Source: Eledone cirrhosa (Eukaryota). Taken from it: a stretch of DNA of 64,000 nt. The translations under genes and the position numbers were made by a program. A model generated the notes under the pieces. It ran no database searches. It saw nothing but the letters and a program-made list of their open reading frames with translations, and was not told the origin of the DNA. Below are positions 13,870-25,102 of the stretch, piece after piece; within the stretch, counting starts at the first letter, position 1; each line of letters starts with the position of its first letter. The stretch is taken from NCBI GenBank assembly GCA_964016885.1, contig OZ024741.1, forward strand, positions 13,702,001 through 13,766,000, in the 5' to 3' direction.

Positions 13870-15690
13870 GTGACCTTCAATAACTGGTCAACCAACTTAC
13901 TACCTCTATTGTTTTCTCTATCTAGAGCATCTCTTTTGCCCTTGTAGCAGTCAACAATGCCGCTCTTATGCCATCATTAGGTTTGACACCGTTTTGTATT
14001 ACTTGGTTTTCAATACGAGTGGTTAAGGTGTGACCCACCATCCCAGATGCTTTCAACATCTCAGTAACTATCCCCGATGGTCCAGCTGCTTACATACCTT
14101 ACATACTATGCTACTGCTAACTTGTACAACCGGTTCCTCTGTTGGATCCACTTCGGGCAGACTGTCTTCCTTCCATGCATTTTCCTCATTCAGTAGTCTT
14201 TCATAGTGACACTTCCATGCTTCCTTCTTTTCAGCGTCAGTGAGGGCAAGTACACCATTATCATCTCATACACTTCTCTCCATCAACATGACAATTTCCC
14301 CGACACACTGTCCATAATCCTGAATACCTCACGCCTTTGGTCTTCATGTTGCAGAACATGCTTAAATATTTTAGCTTCTGCTTCCCTTCTTGTAAGTTCA
14401 CCTGTCACCTAGCTAGTCCCCTAGTAGTGTTCTCTACTTCCTCCATCTCACCATTCCTTGCCTGTCTTTTAGCCCTAACCGTCTCCTCCACCCTACTATT
14501 CCACCACCAGGTCACTCCCTTTCTCCCTAGAGGTCTGCCATTCCTTGCCTGTCTTTTAGCCCTAACCATCTCCTCCACCCTACTATTCCACCACCAGGTC
14601 ACTCCCTTTCTCCCTAGAGGTCTGCCATTCCTTGCCTGTCTTTTAGCCCTAACCGTCTCCTCCACCCTACTATTCCACCACCAGGTCACTCCCTTTCTCC
14701 CTAGAGGTCTGCCATTCCTTGCCTGTCTTTTAGCCCTAACCGTCTCCTCCACCCTACTATTCCACCACCAGGTCAGTCACTTTCTCCCTAGAGGTCTGCC
14801 ATTCCTTGCCTGTCTTTTAGCCCTAACCGTCTCCTCCACCCTACTATTCCACCACCAGGTCAGTCCCTTTCTCCCTAGAGGTCTGCCATTCCTTGCCTGT
14901 CTTTTAGCCCTAACCGTCTCCTCCACCCTACTATTCCACCACCAGGTCAGTCACTTTCTCCCTAGAGGTCTGCCATTCCTTGCCTGTCTTTTAGCCCTAA
15001 CCGTCTCCTCCACCCTACTATTCCACCACCAGGTCAGTCACTTTCTCCCTAGAGGTCTGCCATTCCTTGCCTGTCTTTTAGCCCTAACCGTCTCCTCCAC
15101 CCTACTATTCCACCACCAGGTCAGTCACTTTCTCCCTAGAGGTCTGCCATTCCTTGCCTGTCTTTTAGCCCTAACCGTCTCCTCCACCCTACTATTCCAC
15201 CACCAGGTCACTCCCTTTCTCCCTAGAGGTCTGCCATTCCTTGCCTGTCTTTTAGCCCTAACCGTCTCCTCCACCCTACTATTCCACCACCAGGTCAGTC
15301 ACTTTCTCCCTAGAGGTCTGCCATTCCTTGCCTGTCTTTTAGCCCTAACCGTCTCCTCCACCCTACTATTCCACCACCAGGTCAGTCACTTTCTCCCTAG
15401 AGGTCTGCTCCAGCTACAGATTTTGTTTGTTGCCTTCAGTAGATTAACTTTCTGGTAGTTTTACTGCTCCTCTATATTGTATGTCTCTATTTGCTCTTCT
15501 TTACTGTCAAAAGCATCAAGCAACATACCTCTAAATTTGTTACTAGTTGTGGGGTCCTTCAATTTCCACATTCTTCTACTCCAGGTTGACCTCTGTCGTC
15601 GAATTCATCCACTCCTAATTATGAGGTCACTATTAGGTTATGTTGGGAGGTGCATCCTTCACTAGGGAGGGTCTTTGTATTTACAACCAT
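13870..15690 (-). mobile_element. Degraded internal RTE LINE fragment (EN-RT linker to RT start)
   Basis: Minus-strand remnants: TWWWN linker motif, AAGPSGIVTEMLKASGMVGHTL (similar to EIVAEMLKASGTVGHTM in the 7421-9390 copy) and a CYKGKRDAL-like segment. Confidence 0.75.
14451..15407. repeat. 87-bp tandem repeat x11, derived from RTE coding sequence
   Basis: Unit starts at 14451, 14538 and so on. The minus strand reads RPLGRKGVTWWWNSRVEETVRAKRQARNG. Confidence 0.95.
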
Positions 15691-15944
15691 CACTCATCCT
15701 TGTGTGTATCTATATATGTAGTTATATATATACACACGAGTGTATATATATATATATATGTAGTTATATATATACACACGAGTGTATATATATATATATA
15801 TATATGTAGTTATATCTATTGCCAAATAAATTAACTATGGAGATATAAAAGATACAGAAGCGAAAACCAACCAAACAGTGAGTGTGTTCTGTTATTATTT
15901 CTGGCAATATTATTACAACAATATGACCCTCCCCAAGTATAACA

Positions 15945-16283
15945 ATCATCATCATTTCATTTTACCTCCGCTTTTCCCTGCTTGCAAGGGTGGGACGGGA
16001 ACTGATCCTGGCTTGATTTCTACAGCTGGATGCCCTTCCTAACACCAACCTCATTTACAGTGAGTGCTGTGTGCTTTTTTGCTGTGACACCTCCACAACC
16101 ACTTTGCAGTGGAATGATATGGACCCCAGTCCCTATCATCTCATTTCTACACCTGAGTAAACTGGAGTAATGTCAAATAAAGTGTCTTGCTCAAGGAAAC
16201 AACACATCACCCGGTCTGAGAATTGAACTCACAACCTTTCGATTGCAAGGCCTATGCTCTAACCACTAAGCCATGCGCCTCCA
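15945..16283 (-). mobile_element. Full-length tRNA-derived SINE (about 340 bp) with RTE-related tail
   Basis: Minus strand: GGAGGCGCATGGCTTAGTGGTTAG (Pol III A box), GTGAGTTCAATTCTC (B box), central CCTTGAGCAAGACACTTTATTT domain, a tail shared with the RTE 3' UTR (GGAAGGGCATCCAGCTGTAGAAA), and a (GAT)n end. Confidence 0.88.
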
Positions 16284-16302
16284 ACAATATATATATTAAT
16301 TA

Positions 16303-16685
16303 TATAAAGAAAACGAAAAATCAGTGATGCATCTGGACTTAGTTTATTTCGTGTTACAAATGTTTCGCCGGCATGTAGCTCAAGATATGGTCCTTGTATG
16401 GATCTGGCTGATTCTACTTCTGCGGGTTCTTTCAGACACGGGTATTTCGTCCGGAGCAAATTTGATTGTGATAAAATTTGCTCCGGATAAAACACCCGTG
16501 ATCCATTCAAGAACCATGACTCGAGCTACATGCCGGCGAAACATTTGTAACACAAAATAAACTAAGTCCAGATGCAACACTGAATTTTCGTTTTCTTTAT
16601 ATTATCTACACTCTACTCAGATGAATATCGAGTGGTAATTTTGGCATACCGCCTATGGAAGCACCATAGCTACCATTATACACAA
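16303..16685 (+). mobile_element. Fold-back mini-element with a variant hammerhead and an ~85-nt unpaired tail (probable PLE pLTR derivative)
   Basis: Arms 16303-16404 and 16500-16602, inner hairpin 16437-16500. Minus strand 16350-16440 reads cgtgt-CTGAAAGA-long stem II-GAAA-catttg-TA-acacg. (TA)-rich on both sides. Confidence 0.7.
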
Positions 16686-16837
16686 CTATATTATATATAT
16701 ATATATAATATATAGAAGAGAAAATTGAGAGTGTGTAACACTCAACTTATCAGATAGGCAGTATATGGTTAGCTCAATGTCTGAAGACAGAGCCGTAATA
16801 CAATTAACAACAAAGAGCGCTTAGAACATAGGTATAT

Positions 16838-16895
16838 CTTTAATTGCTGACAATGTTTCGTCCACACTAAAAGTGGGACTCTTCAGAGCTTAAAG
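16838..16895 (-). ncRNA. Type I hammerhead ribozyme near the 3' end of the PLE
   Basis: Minus strand: ctttaagct-CTGAAGA-gtcccac[tttta]gtgtggac-GAAA-cattg-TC-agc(aa)ttaaag; GUC cleavage triplet. Confidence 0.88.
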
Positions 16896-18459
16896 AGTAG
16901 ATACAGAGTATAGAAGCATTAACAAATCCAAAACAGAAGAATATAATGTGGGGATATCATAAGGTGGGAGGAATTTAAAGTATTGTTCATGTACAAGATA
17001 AGGATTAACGAATAAAAAATAAAAAATAAAAAATAAAAAATAAAAAATAAAAAATAAAAAATAAAAAATAAAAAATAAAAAATAAAAAATAAAATCAGGC
17101 AAAAGATAGTGAATATGAGGAATATACTAATACTAATAAGGATACGGATCTAAAATGTTATCACTCACAGTTGGGTAGGGTTATATTATGACCGGCAATC
17201 ATGGAAGCAATGATGTGATTGGTTAACACACAGCTACGTATGCATACACTCACATAAAAGTATACGTATAAGCATGAGCACCCGCATGCACCTACACGCA
17301 AGCACCCATATGCAATACAGAAAGTATACACTAATACAAATAACATATCAAAAACGGATGGGCACATACCCCATACTGTGACAAAATATAGCAATAACAG
17401 TAGAAACGATGACATATAACATGGAGGAGTACAATATAAAGAAATATAATAAATTATAAAAACGTATAAAAATATGGGAACATAAGGACATATAACGGAA
17501 GGAACATACATGGTAGGAAACTCATAAGGAGTACACCGTAATAGATGAGAAATAAACAATAAAGGAATAAGAATATAAAAAGTATAAAATGCATGGTAAA
17601 AAAAATTTTTTAAAAAGAAGTTAAGAGATAAAAACTAGATAAAAAATAAAGTAAAATATACACCATAAAGGAAGGTGTGAATAAAGATGAAACTGGCAAA
17701 GGTATAAGTTATCAAGCTATGTGCAACAAGTGATATACGTAGGATATATAAATTATATAAAAGAAACATATATATAAGGATATATATATATATATCAGTC
17801 AAAATAATACATATTTATAAAAATAACTGGGGGTAAATAAGGTAATAAGGATAATAAGGATGATAATGAAGGCATGTAATAATAATAGTAGTATAGGTGC
17901 TAGTTTCCTAATATTGGAAATAATGTCAGTAAATTGAGTTAATGAAATAAAAATAAAAATAAAAATTTTGTTAAATACTAATATAAAGTACTCATAATGT
18001 TTTAAGAAAATTTAGAAATTATAAGGTGACACTAATATTGATTCATGGTGATATAAGGAATATATCAGGAATACAAGAAAATTTTAGGTGTTGCAATTAG
18101 CAGCAGTCCAACAATAGAGTGTTCGAATGAGACCTTTATAAACAGATGCGATGTCCACACTGGGAAGGTTGCAGGCAAATTCTTATATAGCAATGCGAAC
18201 ATCAAAAGGCAAACAATTGAGGTGCATATCAGTGAATAAAAGCAGGCAAAAGCAGATGGTTCAATACGGTTAGGTGAAGCAGGTTATTATTATGCATACC
18301 ACTTAATATAAAATACAAGTGGGAAATTTAACACTCAACAACGTGCATAGCAAATAGCTTTCAAAGCCGATAACCTCCCAAAATCACAACACTGAGTAAC
18401 GTCGCTGGCATCACAAGAATATAGATAGAAGGCACGCAATAGGGTTAGCCCAGAGACAG

Positions 18460-18493
<34 letters not shown>

Positions 18494-18494
18494 T

Positions 18495-18525
<31 letters not shown>

Positions 18526-19414
18526 TAACACCGGTCACCCAAATTTACGCGGATATAGTGCACAAAGTGTCTTACCCAGCTATCAAAAGTCATAAACCCA
18601 TAACAGGTGTTTTCACTGGTCACAGATAATATAGTTTCACAGTAATAGAGGAACAACAACCAATAGGAGTAATTAACCAGAGTAATCACGATTAAACTTA
18701 AAATTAAACCCCATGAGAAGATAAGTATTCACACGTGTAGTCACCAGATTCAAGTATAAACAAACCGTTAATAAATACGGAAGGTTATCAGGGCCAAGAC
18801 GTTATTATTGGGAGAATACACACAGAGCGTCAATCTACGGAAGGCCAACTGTGCCAAAAACACAACACCAGACAAAAACACCACAAAATCAGCATGTAAA
18901 CTGTGAACCGCAGAGTAGGAGGGTAACACATACATGCACACCATAACTACTGCCCACGGCGAGATGGCACAGGTCAGCCCACAGTGACTGGCTAAATCAC
19001 CGTCCAATATGGGCACAGGCCCATTGGTTTACTCAGAGTCAACAAAAGTAATTTAAATAAAAGGTGAGGGGCTGGCCAAATATAATCAAATGTGCATCTT
19101 ATAACGCAGTACACACTTTACATAGATGTAATACATCACAACTCATGAGTATATAAAGGTACAAATCAACTCAATACACGTTGGGATAGACCCCCCAGTG
19201 CACAACACACACACGGTGGCTGGGCAAGTATGGATGGGTCACATCCACTGTACCGAACAGGGGTGCTTATCAACATATACACCAACTCCCATATACCCCT
19301 CGATATCAAAATTCCATATTCCCATGCAGGCATACATATACACACAGATTCATACACAAACAAACAATATGAGACAATTACACTAGATTACCCAACTGGA
19401 GAATTCTGAAAGTA

Positions 19415-20171
19415 TTAGCTAATAGGCTTAAAATAAAAGAAAGAGCTTAATATCTGGTGGGGGCAAGAAGAAAATATTTCTGACTTTCTATTAAGCAGGG
19501 AGCACTTGGCGAATATAATAGAGTGGGATTCCATAAGGCAAAGGTTACATACTCTATTATAAGGAGTATAGGGATGGGATTTAGCAACTTGCCGCCAAGT
19601 GAGGGTGTACTGTGTTCGTGCATTTTTTAAATTGTGGACGTGCGCTGCCAAGGAAGTAGAATTCTTAAGTTTATTATGTCTAAATGTACACTGGTGAGAG
19701 TTGAATCTGGTTTTAAAAGAGGTGGAAGTTGATCCAATATAAGTTTTAGTGGATGCAGTAGTTACCACATCACACGGATAAACTATGTTTCTAGTAAGGC
19801 AGAAACCATTCAGGGGGCAGCTTGAAGCCCTTCTACAGTTACAGTTTCTGGTGATGCTATTATCTAAATGATAACTAGCTTGCTGACTACGGGTATTCAA
19901 GCTATCACTGCCGACGTCAGTGCTTTCTCCTAGGCGTAAGGTGTCCAGGCCTTCCTTAATTTTCTTATTATTAGTATTGGCTAGATGAGAGGCCAGATTT
20001 TGGGTTGTAGAATACGAAAGTTTAACCACATTCATATTAAGGATAGAATGGTACTTATTACCAGGAGGGAAGTTCCTTTCCAACATAGAGAAGAAGGCCC
20101 TAGGAATATTCGTAGCTACTTCAGAGTTAAATGGGGGGTTAAAATATGTATTCAATCTTCTTCTATTTTTA

Positions 20172-20203
<32 letters not shown>

Positions 20204-20215
20204 GTTATTGTTATT
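19415..20215 (-). pseudogene. PLE ORF, C-terminal part: linker + Cys motif + GIY-YIG endonuclease
   Basis: (N)nKKNKNRRRLNTYFNPPFNSEVATNI...CNCRRASSCPLNGFCLTRNIVY...TYIGST...FKTRFNSH...CNLCLMES...LLNRKSEIFSSCPH. Confidence 0.88.
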
Positions 20216-20289
20216 CCTTGAATCTCAGTCATTGATGTTGGTTAACTGGAAAGTCCGTTGGATTGAATATCAAGCCACTACCTGCAGCC

Positions 20290-23200
20290 TCAGATATTCA
20301 GGACGTATCGGAGGGTTCTTGCCGTTCCAAGCAAGCATGCCTTTTGAAGCGTTCCAAAAAGCGTGAAGGGGCCGATTTTCTTTAACCATCCCTGGAAACC
20401 TTTGGAGATAGTCCCCAGTGCGCCTATGACAATCGGGATCACTTTGACTTCATGGCAGTTCCAAATCCTTTTCACCTCCCACTTTAGGTCCTGGTATCGG
20501 TTAATTTTCTCCCTCTCCTTCTCTTGCACTCTCGTGTCGAACGGGCAGGCCACATCCACAATCAGGCACGATCTTTTTTCTTTGTCCACAACCACCAGGT
20601 CAGGTCTATTGTGTTCCAGTTTTTTGTCCGTCTGTATCCTAAAATCCCACAGCACCTTCACCTGATTGTTCTCCATCACCGCCTCTGGCCTATGCTCATA
20701 CCATTTCTCAGAATGTGGTAGGTTGTTTACTTTGCACAGGTGCCAGTGGATCACCCTGCCCATCACATCGTGTCTCCAGCCCTTATAGTGGGTCTGGGCT
20801 AGGTGTTTACACTCGGACACAATGTGAGCCACAGTCTCCTCTCTCTCTCCACAGATCCTGCACAGTGGGCTAGCCTCCTCCTTGTAGATATGGTGCTTCA
20901 ACCACTTCGTTTTGAGGGCCTGCTCCTGCGCAGCCATTAGCATTCCTTCTGTAGCCTTTTTGAGGTCTCCTCTTCTCAACCAGTTCCATGTCTGTGGATC
21001 TCTAAATTCAGTTTTCTCAAAGAAGGTACTATGAAGGGATTTTCCCTTAAGGCTGCTCTTCCTCCTTGATGTTATTTCCTCCTTGGGTATCCCCTGGCCT
21101 ACTGTCCCCTCCTTCAGTACAGCTCTGAGCATTGGCTCCTTACTATAGGTCACGTATTTGTATAGGTTGTTTTTCTCCATCTGAACACAGTCCTCTATGC
21201 TGATAAGACCTCTTCCACCCTCAGATCTCCTTAGGTAGAGTCTATCGACATCACTCCTCTTGTGGAACATGTTGTAGATAGTCAATAGCTTCCTAGTCTT
21301 CCTATCCATTTCTTTTTGTTCAGCAACATTCCATCTCAGAATTCCCGCACTGTACCTAATAATAGACACAGCTCGGGAATTTACTGCGCTTATGGCATTT
21401 CTGCTGTTCAGATGTGACTTCAATACGCTCCTTACTCTCCGAATGTATTCAGTTCTTAACAATTCCTTCATTTTTTTGTTCTTTATGCCATCAGCCTCCA
21501 GAACGCCCAAATACTTGTATCCTTCCTCAGAGTCAATTTCCTTTATCATCTCACCTGTTGGTATCTGGATCCCGTTACTTCTGCTCAACCTACCCCTCCT
21601 CATCACAATGACTCCACATTTACCAATACCAAACTGCATACATATATCACTGCTGAAAATACGGACAGTGTCAACAAGCACATCCAACTCCTTCTCACTT
21701 TTCCCGAAGAGCTTAAGATCGTCCATGAAGAGGAGGTGATTGATGGTAAGCTCTCCCCTTCCCAACTTGTATCCTGCTCTCACTTTTCGCAGCATAATGG
21801 TCAAGGGCATCAGGGCAAGGACAAACAACAGAGGGGACAGGCTATCTCCCTGGAAGATACCTCTCTTGATCTTCACGCTTCCCAAGGATACTCCAGTTGA
21901 TGTCAACTCTGTCTCCCAGGACCCCATACTCCTGCCCAGCAACTGTCTGATGTTATCTGCCACCCTGAAGATCTCCAGGCTTTTGGTGATCCAGGAATGA
22001 GGCACCATGTCAAATGCCTTTCTGTAGTCTATCCATCCCATGGCAAGATCAGTGTGTCTCCTCCTGCAATTCCCCATTACCATCTTATCAATAAGCAACT
22101 GGTCCTTTGTACCACGTGACTTCTTTCGGCATCCTTTCTGTTCGTCCGGCAACAAGTTGTTTGTGTGGAGGTGATGGTAGATTTCCTCAGACACAATGCT
22201 CGTCAACAGTTTCCACATTACGGGCAGACATGTGATAGGTCTATAGTTGGTAACATCATTACCCTTGATTTGGTCTTTCATTATCAGAACTGTGGTACCT
22301 TTTGTCAACCACTCTGGCACCTCACCCGACACCAAGCAGTCATTGAACATGGCCGTCAGCTTCGGGTGGAGGGATGTTAAATGTTTAATCCAATACCCCT
22401 GCACACCATCTGGGCCTGGTGATTTCCAGTTGGTTAGTTTTTTGGCTTGCCCCTTAAGAGTTTCAACTGTGATACTCAAATCAGTCTGTTGCTGTGCCTG
22501 CTCACCGACCTCCCTCTGTACTGTCTCAATCCACCCTGCCTGGGCATTGTGTCTAACATCCTGCTCCCATATTCCTCTCCAGAATGTTTTAGCTTGTTCC
22601 GCCCCAGGGATCAAGTCGGTGCCTCTTTCTTTCCCCTCAAGCTGTCCAAACAGCATCTTCTGGTTGTTGTCGAACATGCGGTTCTGTTTATACTGACTGA
22701 CTCTGTTCTCGTATCGCCTGATTTTGGCACTCTTTGCTACAATGCGTTGCTTCAATTCCTCTATGATAATATTTAGCTTTTTACTCCTAGTTTTGTATTT
22801 TATTTCCAGTCTATTTTTAGTGCCTATGTTTTTTAGTGTCCCATTCAGTAGTGACTCAAGCTTTCCTATGTCATTTCTCATTTCCCCGATTTGCCCACTC
22901 AGTCGCTTCTTCCACCACGGCTCTGCTCTTTCTTGTCTGTTGTTTCCTCTCGCTTTTATACCAAGTAGTTTCCTCACCGTATTTGCTGTTGCTTTGAGGA
23001 TATTGTTGCACTGGTGAAGACTCCTCGCCTCAAGGTATGGGATGACTTTGTTTACCTTAGCTGTTGTTTCTTTTAACTTTTTCCTGTCTACAAATCTTAG
23101 GTTCATAGGTCTCCCACTATCATTGTTCAACTCATCTACCACTAAATTTAGGATGTCAACCGAATCTTGTCCTAGCCCGTCAGCATTCATCTCCTCAGTG

Positions 23201-23682
23201 GCCGTATCTCTGTTCCAGGTATTATTTATCTCAGTATTCAGATCATTGTCTGCTTCGGGTGGTTCCTCCGCTCTCAGGGCCTCCTCACCTTCATTTCCCG
23301 CCGGCTCGCTTGTCTGGCATACTACACCCGCCATCTCCAAGCCATTCTCTCTGCTCAGTTCCTCCAGTTCCAGCTCGCTTATCCACCCATTAGTTCTTAT
23401 TACCCGAGCCTGCCCGGCCAATTTTTGTTCATCTAATTTAAATAAACCAATCTCGTTCCAGATGTTATGCATCCGTCTCCTGTAGCCCCTCTCCTTGGGG
23501 TTACTTTTCAGGTAGCATTGCATAACAGTTCTATTCAATTCTTTCGTCCAGTTGGTTCTGGCCCCTTTCCTTCTTCTTCTTCCTCCAACATCAGCAGTAT
23601 TTCGTTGACAGTCAGGTTCCTGCTGCTGAGCCAGGGGGCACCTGTTGGGTGAGAGTCTGTCACATGACGTTCTAGTCTCCAT
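20290..23682 (-). CDS. R4/Dong polyprotein: N-terminal domain, reverse transcriptase, CCHC knuckle, restriction-like endonuclease
   Basis: WKSPGPDGVQGYW, NYRPITCL, WIDYRKAFDMVPH, GIFQGDSLSPLLF, LFMDDLK, CRICGEREETVAHIVSEC, RHD, RPDLVVVD...IVDVACP...EKINRY; no stops or frameshifts. Confidence 0.95.
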   Translation of the reverse strand: METRTSCDRLSPNRCPLAQQQEPDCQRNTADVGGRRRRKGARTNWTKELNRTVMQCYLKSNPKERGYRRRMHNIWNEIGLFKLDEQKLAGQARVIRTNGWISELELEELSRENGLEMAGVVCQTSEPAGNEGEEALRAEEPPEADNDLNTEINNTWNRDTATEEMNADGLGQDSVDILNLVVDELNNDSGRPMNLRFVDRKKLKETTAKVNKVIPYLEARSLHQCNNILKATANTVRKLLGIKARGNNRQERAEPWWKKRLSGQIGEMRNDIGKLESLLNGTLKNIGTKNRLEIKYKTRSKKLNIIIEELKQRIVAKSAKIRRYENRVSQYKQNRMFDNNQKMLFGQLEGKERGTDLIPGAEQAKTFWRGIWEQDVRHNAQAGWIETVQREVGEQAQQQTDLSITVETLKGQAKKLTNWKSPGPDGVQGYWIKHLTSLHPKLTAMFNDCLVSGEVPEWLTKGTTVLIMKDQIKGNDVTNYRPITCLPVMWKLLTSIVSEEIYHHLHTNNLLPDEQKGCRKKSRGTKDQLLIDKMVMGNCRRRHTDLAMGWIDYRKAFDMVPHSWITKSLEIFRVADNIRQLLGRSMGSWETELTSTGVSLGSVKIKRGIFQGDSLSPLLFVLALMPLTIMLRKVRAGYKLGRGELTINHLLFMDDLKLFGKSEKELDVLVDTVRIFSSDICMQFGIGKCGVIVMRRGRLSRSNGIQIPTGEMIKEIDSEEGYKYLGVLEADGIKNKKMKELLRTEYIRRVRSVLKSHLNSRNAISAVNSRAVSIIRYSAGILRWNVAEQKEMDRKTRKLLTIYNMFHKRSDVDRLYLRRSEGGRGLISIEDCVQMEKNNLYKYVTYSKEPMLRAVLKEGTVGQGIPKEEITSRRKSSLKGKSLHSTFFEKTEFRDPQTWNWLRRGDLKKATEGMLMAAQEQALKTKWLKHHIYKEEASPLCRICGEREETVAHIVSECKHLAQTHYKGWRHDVMGRVIHWHLCKVNNLPHSEKWYEHRPEAVMENNQVKVLWDFRIQTDKKLEHNRPDLVVVDKEKRSCLIVDVACPFDTRVQEKEREKINRYQDLKWEVKRIWNCHEVKVIPIVIGALGTISKGFQGWLKKIGPFTLFGTLQKACLLGTARTLRYVLNI

Positions 23683-24251
23683 TTCACCGTTATTCGAACT
23701 GTTTATGTTCGATATTTAAACACTCTTATCGAGGATTGGCGAATGTATGTTTACATAGCCATCTGTGGATCCGCCATCCCACTTGGCCCTTGTGTGGCAT
23801 TATCACCACGCTGTATACGGACACACATAAACAAACAAACACACGGGCAGAAAGGGCCCCAAAAATGAATAAGCATAAGTTTCATTGTAATGTAGTATTC
23901 GAATGTCCGACTTAGTTTTTGTTTTTTAAGTTTTACTTTCCCCCCCCTCTTCTCTGTCCGTCCGCCTGCTTCTCTCTTCATTCTTATTTTCTTTACGTTT
24001 TTGGGGTTTCTTTTTTTGTTTTTGTTTTTCTCTGTTTTTCTCGTTTTTTACTGTTGTTGCTGTGCTGCTTTTGTTGTTTGTTTTTTCTTTTTTCTTTTGA
24101 GTCTATCTATATATTTTGATGCCTTCCTCTTTGTTAGTAGTAGGAATTCTATAATGTGGAAGTGGTAGCCAGCAGAGACTAGCGGCGTTGGCGATACTGA
24201 GACAGTGGTGGCGGTGATGTCGATACCGAGGCAGCGGTGGCGGTGATGCGA

Positions 24252-24894
24252 CCGTATTACTGTAGTGATGGTGCTGTAGCGGTGGCAGCAGCAGTGAAGG
24301 AGTCAGGGGGTGGTGGCGGCGGTGATGGGACAGCGGTGGCAATGATGGCCGTAGTGAGCGGTGGCGGTGAAGGTGAAAATGCTGTTGTGTTTAGTGTACA
24401 CAGATGATGGGGTGGGTGGTGTATCTAGTTTCTGGTGTTGGTGAGTTTCGCTGTCCTATATAGTGTAGCCAGAGGAGAGGAGGGGGGGGGGGTTCTTCTT
24501 CTTCCATTTATAGCCATTTTATTTTATTTATTTTTTTTTTTTTTTTTGGATATACAGTGTACAATACAAAGTTGAATATTTGAATATTTGAGCCGTATTA
24601 CTGTAGTGATGGTGCTGTAGCGGTGGCAGCAGCAGTGAAGGAGTCAGGGGGTGGTGGCGGCGGTGATGGGACAGCGGGAGCGGTGGCGGTGAAGGTGAAA
24701 ATGCTGTTGTGTTTAGTGTACACAGATGATGGGGTGGGCGGTGTATCTAGTTTCTGGTGTTGGTGAGTTTAGCTGTCCTATATAGTGTAGCCAGAGGAGA
24801 GGAGGGGGGGGGGGTTCTTCTTCTTCCATTTATAGCCATTTTTTTTTGGATATACAGTGTACAATACAAAGTTGAACATTTGAATATTTGAGCC
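24252..24894. repeat. Tandem duplication (about 340 + 300 bp) in the Dong 5' region
   Basis: CCGTATTACTGTAGTGATGGTGCTG...TGAATATTTGAGCC occurs at about 24252-24594 and again at about 24593-24894. Confidence 0.9.
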
Positions 24895-25059
24895 TTATAA
24901 CAATATATTTTGGGTCCGAATTTTTTGGGGCTCAAGCCGGGTGCTTTACGTAGCATTTGTACTAAGAGTTGTTATTTCACAAATGATTTAAATATGTTAA
25001 AAATTCAAAACTTACGGGAGCGATTTCATGACCTCCGTCACCTCGTGCGTCTTCTTCCC

Positions 25060-25102
<43 letters not shown>

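Larger units (their letters stand above)
20216..25059 (-). mobile_element. Apparently full-length R4/Dong-clade (RLE-type) non-LTR retrotransposon inserted in (TAA)n
   Basis: Single 1130-aa ORF, ~1.4-kb 5' region, ~75-bp 3' UTR, (TTA)n tracts immediately on both sides (about 20180-20215 and 25060-25115). Confidence 0.9.

Noticed and set aside
14337-15458. 373-aa hydrophobic repeat protein or CRISPR-like array
   Set aside because: Antisense reading of an 87-bp tandem repeat from RTE; no unique spacers; eukaryotic context.
16200-16283. tRNA gene
   Set aside because: A and B boxes are present, but this is the head of a repeated SINE without a complete cloverleaf.
20363-23652. Plus-strand ORFs over the Dong element (and likewise over Tx1 at 58.5-63.9 kb)
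   Set aside because: Antisense shadows of the retrotransposon ORFs.
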